IMG/VR virus record: IMGVR_UViG_2582581314_000001
Location: 29,903-93,902 of that record
From: a virus
Taxonomy: Duplodnaviria > Caudoviricetes
DNA length: 64,000 bases
Reading direction: 5' to 3' (one strand)
Position numbers and translations under genes: made by a program. Position 1 is the first letter of the stretch. Each line of letters starts with the position of its first letter. The notes beneath the pieces were generated by a model, which had not been told where the DNA came from, did no database searches, and saw only the letters and a program-made list of their open reading frames with translations. This document shows, one piece after another, positions 37,481 to 46,242 of this stretch.

Positions 37481-38143
37481 TCAGAGGGCGCGCGGGTAGC
37501 GGTGGGCGTTCGCGATGAGCCAGCACGCGAGGGCGAGGGCGGCTTGCGCGCACTCCTCGTCGAGCGGCAGGCCGGTCTCCGCGACGAACGGCTCGTCGAG
37601 GTACGAGCCGTCGGCCGCGTACAGGGATGCCGTCCACGGCTGGGTGTGCTGGGCGGCGGGCCGCATGGCGTCCTCGCCGGAGTGGAGAAACACTCGGGGG
37701 CCGGTGTGCGCCTGGCCCTCGTCGGCGGCGCGGTCGACGGCGACCAGGACGTACGAGGCGCCTCGGTCGTCGGCGAGGAAGGACGGGATGCCGAAGGTGG
37801 CCAGCGCTGCGCGCAGCTTGTCGCCCTCGGTCGGCCCGGCGGCGGCCGCCGCGTTCTGAGCCTCGCGGTATGCGGCGGCGAGCCTCTGGCTGGGGTGCGG
37901 CTCGGCCGTGAGGCCGGCCGTCACGAACGAGGCGCGGAGCCCAACCAGTTCGTAGCTGCGCAGCACGCGCATGACCTGCTGGGTTACGTCGGTGTGGTCG
38001 GGGCATGCCGCCAGTCCGAGGCCGCTGGTGGCGTTGACGACGCGGATCGCGCGGCCGTCCTGGCCGGTGATCTCGCAGGCGATGCATGGCATCTGGAACC
38101 AGCTCGGCAGCTCTCGCACGCTGACGGAGAAGTTCACGGTCAT
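37481..38143 (-). CDS. Hypothetical protein
   Basis: AGGAG RBS, 220 aa. Confidence 0.65.
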   Translation of the reverse strand: MTVNFSVSVRELPSWFQMPCIACEITGQDGRAIRVVNATSGLGLAACPDHTDVTQQVMRVLRSYELVGLRASFVTAGLTAEPHPSQRLAAAYREAQNAAAAAGPTEGDKLRAALATFGIPSFLADDRGASYVLVAVDRAADEGQAHTGPRVFLHSGEDAMRPAAQHTQPWTASLYAADGSYLDEPFVAETGLPLDEECAQAALALACWLIANAHRYPRAL

Positions 38144-38171
38144 CGGGGTGCTCCTGTTCTGTTCGGGGTGG

Positions 38172-38699
38172 TCAGTGGGAGGCGAGGTCGGCGGGGGCCT
38201 TGCCGCGGTTGCAGGGCCGGTCGTTGTCGACGGTGACGGCGGCGGCCAGGCGCTCGTGCTTGCGGTGCAGGACGATCAGCCCGGTGAGGGCCGCCATCAG
38301 CACCTCGTCGTCGCGGGAGTTGAGGTGGCCGTGCTCGATGAGGGCGGTCCGGCGGGCGCGCAGGTCGGCGTCCTGGCGGGCGAGCTGCACGCTGACCGCG
38401 CCGAGCTCGTCCATCGCCGGGACGGCGCCGGTCACCGGGGCGATGGCGTAGCGGATGATCACGGCCGGGATCATGAAGTCGTGCTCGGTGAGCAGGTCGG
38501 TGGCCTCTTGCAGCATGTTCAGCGCGACCTGGGGGAGCTGGCCGGGCTCGTCGACCGGGATGGACTCCACGGCCATCGCCGCGTCCTCGATCGCTCCAGC
38601 GACCGTCTCGATCATGTAGCGCTGGGGGTGGTACGCCCGGCCCCGGACGACTCGGGCGAGGTGCATCAGGCGGCGGGTGGTGGCGAGGTATGCGGACAT
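38172..38699 (-). CDS. Hypothetical protein
   Basis: AAGGAG RBS before MSAYLATT. Confidence 0.65.
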   Translation of the reverse strand: MSAYLATTRRLMHLARVVRGRAYHPQRYMIETVAGAIEDAAMAVESIPVDEPGQLPQVALNMLQEATDLLTEHDFMIPAVIIRYAIAPVTGAVPAMDELGAVSVQLARQDADLRARRTALIEHGHLNSRDDEVLMAALTGLIVLHRKHERLAAAVTVDNDRPCNRGKAPADLASH

Positions 38700-38715
38700 C
38701 AACGTTTCTCCTTGA

Positions 38716-39063
38716 TCAGGCGGCGGCCACGAAGCGGGCGGCCAGGGCGTGGTAGCAGCGGACGGAGCGCAGGCCGGCCGGACAGTTGCACTGGCCGGTG
38801 GCTGCGGTGCGGTAGAGCTCGGTGCCGTCGTCGGAGACGACGAGGAAGATCCGGTTCTGGCGGAGCGGGACAACGGCGCCGAGTTCGAGCAGCTCGACCG
38901 CTTTGGCGACCTGCCACGCCGGGTGGGTCGCCTCGTTCCGGGCCTCGCGGCGGACCTTCCTCCTGCACTTCGGGCCGAGGCCGTCGGGGCTAGGGGTGCG
39001 GAGCCGACGGCGGCACTTCAGGCACCTGGTGTGCTCGGTGGTGGTGGCCTTGGTGGCGCGCAT
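38716..39063 (-). CDS. Zinc-binding protein with SWIM-type finger
   Basis: CLKC...GPKC and CNCPAG...CYH. Confidence 0.7.
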   Translation of the reverse strand: MRATKATTTEHTRCLKCRRRLRTPSPDGLGPKCRRKVRREARNEATHPAWQVAKAVELLELGAVVPLRQNRIFLVVSDDGTELYRTAATGQCNCPAGLRSVRCYHALAARFVAAA

Positions 39064-39102
39064 GGCTCCGCTCCTGTCGTGGTTGGTGGGGTTTGGTTCT
39101 GC

Positions 39103-39185
39103 ATTCATTCTTTCCAAATCAACTTGCCCTAGCCAGTTTTAACAAGTTGATTTGGTAAAAGAACTTCTAAGAAAACCGCAGGTCA
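39103..39185 (-). repeat. Cassette element copy 8
   Basis: ccaaatcaacttg-ccctagccagttttaa-caagttgatttgg perfect 13-bp arms. Confidence 0.9.
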
Positions 39186-39205
39186 GCGGCCTGCGGCTCG
39201 GGTAT

Positions 39206-39484
39206 CTACCTGACGTCGTCGGCGCCTTGAAGGCTCATGGCCTGGAGGTGGCGCACGCGCACGATGCGCTCCTCGGGGACGTACCAGTCCCACGTGCCGG
39301 GGAACGGGCTGCACTCGTAGTACGTGCCGGTCATGTCCCCGCAGGTCTGGACGCGACGGGACCGAACCGGGCCCATCTGGGTCTCGCCGTCCCGGTCGGT
39401 CCACACGGCGTAGGCGCGCGGCTTGAGCGTGCCGTTCGCGGGGACGGCGTGCAGGATTTCGATCTCCAACGGCATGAGCGCCAT
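39206..39484 (-). CDS. Hypothetical protein
   Basis: AGGAGAGG RBS. Confidence 0.6.
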   Translation of the reverse strand: MALMPLEIEILHAVPANGTLKPRAYAVWTDRDGETQMGPVRSRRVQTCGDMTGTYYECSPFPGTWDWYVPEERIVRVRHLQAMSLQGADDVR

Positions 39485-39520
39485 GGTTTTTTCCTCTCCT
39501 CTTCTGGGGCGGTGCAGCTT

Positions 39521-39865
39521 CTACTTCGCGGGGGCGGGCCGGGTGCATTGGTCGTGCCGGTGGAGGTTGCAGAGCCCGCAGGCGACGCACATCCAGTCGG
39601 CTTCCAGCCCGCAGCGCCCGCAGCCGCCCGTCAGCTCCAGTTCGAGGTCATCGAGGAACACCATGCGGTCGATCGCGGCCTCCCGCTCCGACGTGCGCCG
39701 GTAGCGGCGGACCACCGTCCAAAAGTCGTCCGGCGCGTTCGTGTGCTGGTCCTCGGTCAGGAAGGAAGCGGCAGCGTTCACGTCGCACCACTCGTGCGGG
39801 TCCACCCCGCATGCGGACAACGCGCGCTCGATCTCACCCTTGAAGGTCTCGAAACTCTGCGCCAC
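39521..39865 (-). CDS. Hypothetical protein with C-terminal Cys/His cluster
   Basis: VAQSFETF...CGRC...CVACGLC..H..C; AAAGGA RBS. Confidence 0.6.
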   Translation of the reverse strand: MAQSFETFKGEIERALSACGVDPHEWCDVNAAASFLTEDQHTNAPDDFWTVVRRYRRTSEREAAIDRMVFLDDLELELTGGCGRCGLEADWMCVACGLCNLHRHDQCTRPAPAK

Positions 39866-39900
39866 GGTCACTCGCCGTCCTTTCGTGTCGGCTGTTCTGG

Positions 39901-40587
39901 TCAGGCGCTTGCGTTCGTGAGGACCCGCTCGACGGTGACCACGTCCCAGGCGGCCGTCGAGAGGGGCACCGCGAAGGCCCACTGGTCGCGGTAGGTGCGC
40001 CGGCGGTCCTCCTCGGTGTCGCCGTGGACGAGGGCCCACCACTCGCCTTGTCCGGTGGCCGTCATCCGGGTTCCGACGTCGAGGACGTTCAGGCGGGCGC
40101 CGAAGGCGTGCAGGACGTCGCCTGGCTCGACCAGCATGCGCGGCATCTCGACGGGCACCGGCCGGCCTGCGGCGATCCGGGCCGCCTGGGCGGCGGCCGG
40201 ATCGGCGAGCGAGTAGCCCAGCTCGATGGCGACCTGCTCGGCGCGCTCGACGCTGCGGGTCCACGAGCCCTCGGCGTACTCGCGGGCGGGCCTCCCGAGG
40301 TTGGCGTACCGGTTGAAGGCGCCGTGCTGTTCGGTGATGGCGACCGGCCGGATGACGACGACGAAGCCGACGATGCGCTCGGACTCGACGACCAGGACGT
40401 CCCCGTCGGCGACCTGCTCGCGGTCGGCGGCGGCGTAGGCGTCGGCGCTGCTGGCGAAGTGCCACACCTTCGGCTCGGCCGCCTCGGCGGCGCGGGCCTT
40501 GTCGATGGCGTCCACGATCTCCCCGAACCGGTACGCGGCGGCGGCCAGCGGGGAGGCCTCGGCGAGGCGCTCGGCGTAGGTGCCCAT
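39901..40587 (-). CDS. Hypothetical protein
   Basis: GAGG RBS before MGTYAERL. Confidence 0.65.
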   Translation of the reverse strand: MGTYAERLAEASPLAAAAYRFGEIVDAIDKARAAEAAEPKVWHFASSADAYAAADREQVADGDVLVVESERIVGFVVVIRPVAITEQHGAFNRYANLGRPAREYAEGSWTRSVERAEQVAIELGYSLADPAAAQAARIAAGRPVPVEMPRMLVEPGDVLHAFGARLNVLDVGTRMTATGQGEWWALVHGDTEEDRRRTYRDQWAFAVPLSTAAWDVVTVERVLTNASA

Positions 40588-40648
40588 GGTTAGTTCCTCT
40601 CTCGGGCAGGTGCCGCCGGTCGTGTGGCGGGCGGCGAGTCGGGGCGGG

Positions 40649-40870
40649 TTACTGGGCGCGCTCGATGACTTTGAGCGTGTCCGTGTAGAACATGTCGACT
40701 CCGGTCCCGTCGCTGACGACCGTGCGTTCGCGGCCGTCGCTGCCGGTGCCGCCGGACCAGGGCTCGCGGTCGAGGCGACGCCGGAGGACGGTCCCGGCGG
40801 TGCTTCCGGCCACGGCACCTTCAACGAGGTCGCCGGGCTGAAGGTCGAGGTCGCTGCCGCTGTCACTCAC
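40649..40870 (-). CDS. Small SH3-like hypothetical protein
   Basis: LQPGDLV...GTV pattern; AGGAAGG RBS after repeat 9. Confidence 0.55.
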   Translation of the reverse strand: MSDSGSDLDLQPGDLVEGAVAGSTAGTVLRRRLDREPWSGGTGSDGRERTVVSDGTGVDMFYTDTLKVIERAQ

Positions 40871-40913
40871 GGGCGGTTCCTTCCTGTCTGGAGCGGTTTG
40901 TGGTGCTGCTTGT

Positions 40914-40980
40914 ATTCTTTCCGAATCAGCTTGCCCTAGCCAGTTTTCACAATCATATTAGGCAAAGTGACGACAAAGAT
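40914..40980 (-). repeat. Cassette element copy 9 (terminal, degenerate right arm)
   Basis: attctttccgaatcagcttgccctagccagttttcacaatcatattaggc. Confidence 0.82.
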
Positions 40981-41040
40981 TGGGCGTCCCCGCTGACGCT
41001 CAGCCAATTTGGCCAAACCGAGTCATGAAAGACTGGAGCC

Positions 41041-41325
41041 ATGCCCAAGCCCTATTTCGGCAAGCAGCCGCTGCCCGACTACAAGCCCAGTGACGCCGTG
41101 CGCGCAGCCCTCAAGGCGTGGGAGGACGCTCTCAAGGCGGAGGAGAAGACGCGCCACGCCGCCCGCAAGGCGCTGGCCGATGAGCTGAAGGCAAACCCGG
41201 ATCTCCCCTACGCGGCCGTAGCCGCACACGACATCGTGCCGTGGACGGAAGCAACGCTCCGCATCATCGGAGGGGAGTACAAGGTCCCGCCGCGGCAGCC
41301 CAACAAGGCCAAGCCGCAGGACTAG
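41041..41325 (+). CDS. Small putative HTH regulator divergent from cassette array
   Basis: GGAG RBS; long helix then LPYAAVAAHDIVPWTEATLRII HTH-like segment. Confidence 0.6.
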   Translation: MPKPYFGKQPLPDYKPSDAVRAALKAWEDALKAEEKTRHAARKALADELKANPDLPYAAVAAHDIVPWTEATLRIIGGEYKVPPRQPNKAKPQD

Positions 41326-41335
41326 TCCCGACAGC

Positions 41336-41376
41336 AAGAAGGGCCGCACCGGATTCGTCCGGTGCGGCCCTTCTTC
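41336..41376. terminator. Bidirectional hairpin terminator
   Basis: aagaagggccgcaccgga-ttcg-tccggtgcggcccttctt between convergent genes. Confidence 0.8.
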
Positions 41377-41385
41377 GTGTCTGCG

Positions 41386-41640
41386 TCAGCCCGTTTTGAT
41401 CCACACGCCGAGCAGCATGGCCAGGACGAGGACGACCGTCGCGATCTTCTGTCCTCGGGGGACGTCGGCCCACCGCATCGGCTCAGGCGCGACAGCGCTG
41501 ATCTCCTCGCCGTCTGGGTGGTGACCGCCGTGGAACTCGTCTCGGTGGCCCTGGCCCTCGGCTCTCGCCGCGGCCCGGGTCTCAACCGGCTCCGACGTCG
41601 TCTGGCACAGCGGGCAGCGGTACGCGTACGGCCCGCTCAC
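41386..41640 (-). CDS. Small zinc-finger membrane protein
   Basis: YRCPLC...HRDEFH plus C-terminal TM; AGGAGG RBS before GTG. Confidence 0.55.
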   Translation of the reverse strand: MSGPYAYRCPLCQTTSEPVETRAAARAEGQGHRDEFHGGHHPDGEEISAVAPEPMRWADVPRGQKIATVVLVLAMLLGVWIKTG

Positions 41641-41759
41641 GGGCGCCCTCCTCACTCGCGTCTCGTCACCGCTCATGATGGAGGACGCGCCACGCGGCTG
41701 GCCCATGATTCCCTCGCTTTCCTGCTCGTGCAGACTGTTCGGTTCCCTGCGCCGACCGG

Positions 41760-42953
41760 TCAGTCGACGTCCTCGCGCCGTTCCTTCACCCATGCCGACG
41801 GGCCACGATTGGGGTCGTTCTTCCACCGGTACCCGCGTGCGTCGTCCTCTTCGGTCCACCCCTCGGGGAGCTCCCTCCGGCCTCGCCGGCCACTCTCCGG
41901 GTCACTCTCCGCCCCCGGAGATTTCCGCAGGCCAGGGCCACTCTCCGGGGGCGGAGAGTGGCCCGGAGAGTCCTCTTGACGGCGCCCAGGGGAGGGGAGC
42001 GGGGGCAGCTCCTCGCGGTGGATACCGGAGCGCCCGGCGATCCCCCTCGCGCGGAACGTCCTGGAGGGGTCGAAGCCCGCGTCGACGAGCATCTGCCTGA
42101 GCTGCTTATCGGTGGCCTCTGCCAGGCCGGGGAGACGCTCACGCATGGCCGGTCGCAGGACGCCCAGGTGCACCCCGTTGTCGCCGCCGGTCAGCTCCCG
42201 AATGAGGGCGGTCAGCGGGGGCTCGGCGGGGGTGTCGTCGAGGTCCTCGGCGGGGGCCTGGTCGACGTCCTCGGCGGGGGCCAGCTCGGGGGTCTTGCGA
42301 AGCCACCGGGCGAGGCCTTTCCGGCGGCCGGTGGGGGCGGTGTCGGCGCCCTTCGCGGGGGGCTTCTCGGCGGTCGCCTCGGGGGTCTGCTGCTGCTTCC
42401 CCTTGGCCTTGCCGAGCAGTCGGTCGAACAGGCCGCGAGCGGTCATGACGGCCGCCTGGAACCACAGCCAGACCAAGCCGAGCACCGCGGGGGTGCGGTA
42501 CTGGGCGACGGTGTGGCCGATGCCGAGGAGCGCCAGGACCACTCCCGCGACCCGGGCGGGGATCGAGAACCTCGTGCCGTAGGTGCCGGTGAGCCAGCCG
42601 AGGAGCAGGCCGAGCAGGGTTCGGCTCCCGGACCAGAAGAGCCGGGCGACGGCGGCGAGCCTGGCCAGGGCGCGGCGGCCGATGCTGGCCGCCGGCTTGC
42701 GGCTCGCCTTGATGCCTTGGCGGGCGAGGTCGGCGGCGGCCTTCACGTCGACGTACGGGCGCAGGTCCGGCATCGCGAGCGCGCGTAGCTTCTCGGCGTT
42801 CTCCCCCGGCTCAGGCCCATCCACCGGCTCATGCTCACGGGCGGACTCAGGCTCAAGGAGCGTGTGAGCCTGGGCGTGCTGCTCCGTGAGCCCGACAGTG
42901 AGCTGAGCCGTCTCACTGTCGGGGTCGGGCGTCTGGGTCGTGGCAGTGGTCAT
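41760..42953 (-). CDS. Membrane protein (plasmid spread-like cluster)
   Basis: ATGA overlap, central TM helices, low-complexity C-terminus. Confidence 0.6.
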   Translation of the reverse strand: MTTATTQTPDPDSETAQLTVGLTEQHAQAHTLLEPESAREHEPVDGPEPGENAEKLRALAMPDLRPYVDVKAAADLARQGIKASRKPAASIGRRALARLAAVARLFWSGSRTLLGLLLGWLTGTYGTRFSIPARVAGVVLALLGIGHTVAQYRTPAVLGLVWLWFQAAVMTARGLFDRLLGKAKGKQQQTPEATAEKPPAKGADTAPTGRRKGLARWLRKTPELAPAEDVDQAPAEDLDDTPAEPPLTALIRELTGGDNGVHLGVLRPAMRERLPGLAEATDKQLRQMLVDAGFDPSRTFRARGIAGRSGIHREELPPLPSPGRRQEDSPGHSPPPESGPGLRKSPGAESDPESGRRGRRELPEGWTEEDDARGYRWKNDPNRGPSAWVKERREDVD

Positions 42954-43366
42954 TGCGCGAAGTGCTCCGCGACGGCGTGGATGCGCTGCGCGAAGGTGCC
43001 GAGCCCGCCGCCTGCACCCGCCATGATGTGGACCAGGATGATGCCGATCACGGCGACCTGCCTGCGGGTGAGCCCCATCCAGGCCAGGCACGCCATGATC
43101 ACGAGCGCGAGGCCCGGCAGCGTGATCCCCGGCAGGATTGCGCTGACCAGGCCGACGCCGTCCCCCATGATCAGCTGAGGAACGACGTTGAGCGGCCAGC
43201 CGGCGGCCGTGTACGAGGTCCCGGCGAGCATGCTCAGGCCGAGCACCCACCACCAGCCGAGCGGCTTTGCTTTGCCGACCTTCTGTTCCTTCGTGCCGAG
43301 GATCAGCACGACGGTGAGGACGACGGCGAAGGAGACGATCCCGAGTGCTGGGATGACGGACTTCAC
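42950..43366 (-). CDS. Integral membrane protein
   Basis: 3-4 hydrophobic helices; AAGGAAG RBS. Confidence 0.7.
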   Translation of the reverse strand: MKSVIPALGIVSFAVVLTVVLILGTKEQKVGKAKPLGWWWVLGLSMLAGTSYTAAGWPLNVVPQLIMGDGVGLVSAILPGITLPGLALVIMACLAWMGLTRRQVAVIGIILVHIMAGAGGGLGTFAQRIHAVAEHFAQ

Positions 43367-43393
43367 GGGTCAGCTTCCTTTGCGTGCGGGGGT

Positions 43394-44254
43394 TCAGTGC
43401 GGGAGTGGGTTGCCGTGGAGCACTGCGCCGAGGGCGAGGCAGACGGTCAGGCCGCGGGTGGCCCAGGCGATCAGGAACCAGGATCGGCGGGTGGCGCGGT
43501 CGAGCGAGATGACGATGAGTGCGACGACGCCCCAGAAGTAGACGTCGGGGTTGTCCTGGAGGCGGCCCGGGTGGTGGGCGACGCTGGCCGTCGCGTCGCG
43601 GACGAACTGCGGGATGCCGAAGTACCAGCCGGCGGCGAAGCCGCTGCCTATGTAGAGGAGCCACTTCTTGTGCGGGGGGATCTCGCGGACCAGCTCGGCG
43701 AGCGACTTCTTCTCCGGGGCGCGGTACAGCGGGATGGCGGTCGCGAAGGGCGGCCGGGTGGTCTCGCGGTGCGAGCGGCGCCACCTCGGGGACGGCTTTC
43801 GCGGCTGCCCCTCCCCCGCGTCGTTGGTGTCCTCTCCGGGGTCCTCTCCGTCCTCTTCGCCCAGGTCACCGGGCTCTTCGGTGTCGTCGACGTGGGGCCG
43901 CTTCTCGACGCTGGGTAGGCGCGGACGACGGCGCCGGGCGGGCTGCTCGGCGGGCTCGCCGTCGTCGTGCTGCTCGACGGCGGCGGGCTGCTCCACCGGT
44001 TCGTCGCCGTCCTCGGCGGCGGCGTCGTCGTCGAGCGGGGGCTTACGGGGCGCCCACCAGTCCGGCAGGCGAGGCGCGCTCGCTCGGCGCGGGCCGGGCA
44101 CGGTCGGCTCGTACTCGGGCCGGGGAGGGATGACGACGGCGACCGGCGCGGGCTGCTGCTCGGCGTCGTCGGCGGGGGCGTGCCCGGCCGGGCGGGCGCC
44201 GAGACGGCGCAGCGCCGCGCGTACCTTCGTCTCGCCCTCATCGGGCTCGCTCAT
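43394..44254 (-). CDS. Membrane protein with acidic/Pro-rich N-terminus
   Basis: ATGA overlap; C-terminal TM helices. Confidence 0.6.
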   Translation of the reverse strand: MSEPDEGETKVRAALRRLGARPAGHAPADDAEQQPAPVAVVIPPRPEYEPTVPGPRRASAPRLPDWWAPRKPPLDDDAAAEDGDEPVEQPAAVEQHDDGEPAEQPARRRRPRLPSVEKRPHVDDTEEPGDLGEEDGEDPGEDTNDAGEGQPRKPSPRWRRSHRETTRPPFATAIPLYRAPEKKSLAELVREIPPHKKWLLYIGSGFAAGWYFGIPQFVRDATASVAHHPGRLQDNPDVYFWGVVALIVISLDRATRRSWFLIAWATRGLTVCLALGAVLHGNPLPH

Positions 44255-44790
44255 GGCTGGTGTCCCTGGGTCGTCTCTGTGGGCTGAGGGCCACCGCCGT
44301 CTGGGGGCCCGTCCGGTCGTACCGGTGTAGGTCGCGGGGCAGGCCCGGTCACACCGGCGGGGAAGACCGGGTACGACGGTGGGCGGTCGGTCGGACGCGG
44401 CGTCGGACGGGTCATCGCACGGGTGGTATCCGGAGTCGGACGGAACGTCGCACAAGTGGGATCCAGGGTCGGACGGGCCGTCGCACAGGTGGGATACGGA
44501 TTCGGACGGGCCCCGTAGGCGGTGGGAACCGTCGTCTGCGCGGTACCGGGTGCAGGCCACTGACCAGGGTCACACCGTGTGATCCAGAACCGTTCGATCG
44601 TCGGACGCGTGTGCATCGGCACGGCTTCGGCGTCCCACACCTTCCGGTAGAGCCCGGCGACGATGAGCAGCGCGGATCGTACGGCGTCCGACACGGTCAT
44701 GCCGGTGGCGAGCATCGTCTCTAGGTCGTCATACATCTGGGCGTCGACCTTGACGGAGGCGGTCTTACCGACGGCGGGCGGTGTGGTCAC
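44251..44790 (-). CDS. Putative ribbon-helix-helix protein with Pro/Thr repeat tail
   Basis: TASVKVDAQMYDDL...MTVSDAVRSAL; GAAGGA RBS. Confidence 0.55.
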   Translation of the reverse strand: MTTPPAVGKTASVKVDAQMYDDLETMLATGMTVSDAVRSALLIVAGLYRKVWDAEAVPMHTRPTIERFWITRCDPGQWPAPGTAQTTVPTAYGARPNPYPTCATARPTLDPTCATFRPTPDTTRAMTRPTPRPTDRPPSYPVFPAGVTGPAPRPTPVRPDGPPDGGGPQPTETTQGHQP

Positions 44791-44911
44791 GGTGTGATCC
44801 TTCGTGTTCGCTGGGATGTGAAGCCGGGCCCGCGCGGGGGGACACACGGGCCCGGCGGGGAGGCCGAGCCCTGCCTGAAGGAGGGGGTGCAGGGCCCGGC
44901 CGGTCAGGGGG

Positions 44912-45094
44912 CTACAGGTCGCCGCGGAATACGCGGGCGCGATGGCCCTGGCGCCTCTTGGCGGCGGCTGCCCGCTCCTTGGTGGCCTTCTTGGCCCACT
45001 TGTCGCGCTCACGGGTGGACGCGTACCGGCCGGGGTGAGGCGTGTAGGAGGGGCCGCCACCGAGGGCAGAACGGATGCCGTCGAAGAAGCCCAT
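44912..45094 (-). CDS. Small hypothetical protein
   Basis: MGFFDGIRSALGG, coupled to upstream stop. Confidence 0.5.
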   Translation of the reverse strand: MGFFDGIRSALGGGPSYTPHPGRYASTRERDKWAKKATKERAAAAKRRQGHRARVFRGDL

Positions 45095-45285
45095 CAGCGG
45101 AACCCCCCAGCGGCCTCGGCGCTCTCCTTCGCGTGGAACCGCGTCGACTCCCACTGCCCGACCGCCGCGTCAGCCCGAGCGGCCTGATCCTGCGGATTGC
45201 CCCGGTCCCGCTCGCATGCCCGCACCGTCGCGGGCTGGGCGACTGTCTGGTTCGGCGTCTTCGTGTCGATCTGACGGGCGGTCAC
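45094..45285 (-). CDS. Small hypothetical protein
   Basis: Translationally coupled at both ends. Confidence 0.5.
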   Translation of the reverse strand: MTARQIDTKTPNQTVAQPATVRACERDRGNPQDQAARADAAVGQWESTRFHAKESAEAAGGFR

Positions 45286-45587
45286 CGGCGGACCGCCCTC
45301 AGCACGCGGTCGCCGTACGCACCCTCTGTCTCGCCCGGCTCGACGTCCGGGAAGGCCGCGAGAACCGCGCGGTAGAACTCGACGCCAGCGCCCTTCGTCT
45401 GCACCGCGATGAACGACGACAGAACCCTCTCCGACAGCGGCGCGTCGGGCGCCTCCTGCCGCAGCAGGTCGGCAATCTCGATCACCTTGTTCCGAACCGG
45501 CTCCGCGAGCGGCTCGGGCCCGTTACTCGACTGCTCGTCTGCGACATCCGGGGGATGACCCGGGCGCGCGTTAGTACCCTGTGGCAT
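45282..45587 (-). CDS. Hypothetical protein
   Basis: GGAG RBS; first gene of leftward operon. Confidence 0.6.
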   Translation of the reverse strand: MPQGTNARPGHPPDVADEQSSNGPEPLAEPVRNKVIEIADLLRQEAPDAPLSERVLSSFIAVQTKGAGVEFYRAVLAAFPDVEPGETEGAYGDRVLRAVRR

Positions 45588-45670
45588 GCGTCAGCTCCGT
45601 CTGACGTGGCCCCCGGTCGGCGTTTCTCAGGCCCCGACCGGGGGCCGTCTTGTAGGCGCAACATCACGTT

Positions 45671-45711
45671 GCTTGCCCGACTGTATGGGACTCCCATACA
45701 GTCGGGCAAGC
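45671..45711. promoter_or_regulatory. Perfect 41-bp palindrome, probable operator
   Basis: gcttgcccgactgtatggga-c-tcccatacagtcgggcaagc between divergent genes, next to XRE gene start. Confidence 0.75.
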
Positions 45712-45715
45712 GGCC

Positions 45716-46066
45716 ATGGCAGATGGGAACCGGATGGCCGAGGAACAGGCAGGCGGCGGAGAGGCGGCACAGCGCGTGTTTGACGCCTTGGAAGCCCTCA
45801 AGGCCATCGAGGACGAAGAGCTTCGAGCCCGGGAGATCAGCGCCTTCCTCCGGGAGTACGGCCCGAAGGTCAAGGAGCTCAGCGAACTCCGGCGCGAGTT
45901 CGTCCTCGACCAGCGGCAGCAGCGGGTCTCCGTGAGAAAGCTCGCGGCGAAGATCGGCGTGTCGGCGTCGACCATCCAGGACATCGAGCGCGGCTATTCG
46001 GGATCCGGAAAGACCCGGCCCCGGAAGGCGACGGATGACGGCGACGGAGGCGGCTCCAGCGACTGA
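45716..46066 (+). CDS. XRE-family HTH regulator
   Basis: VSVRKLAAKIGVSASTIQDIERG. Confidence 0.82.
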   Translation: MADGNRMAEEQAGGGEAAQRVFDALEALKAIEDEELRAREISAFLREYGPKVKELSELRREFVLDQRQQRVSVRKLAAKIGVSASTIQDIERGYSGSGKTRPRKATDDGDGGGSSD

Positions 46067-46242
46067 GCACACAGCGATCCGACCCGGACGACCGCCTCGC
46101 ATCGACTGTGACTTCCAGCGTTAGTTGGCCAGGAGCAGCGGCAAGGCCACTGGTAACGGCCGTGTGCTCAGCGGCAGTTGGCCAATTCACTCAGAGGTAT
46201 TTGGCCTCCAGCGTGTTGACGCGATTGGTGTTCGTTGGGTGG

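Noticed and set aside
24788-40980. CRISPR array interpretation of the nine repeats
   Set aside because: Repeats are ~90 bp, divergent and separated by whole genes (0.5-3.3 kb); no cas genes
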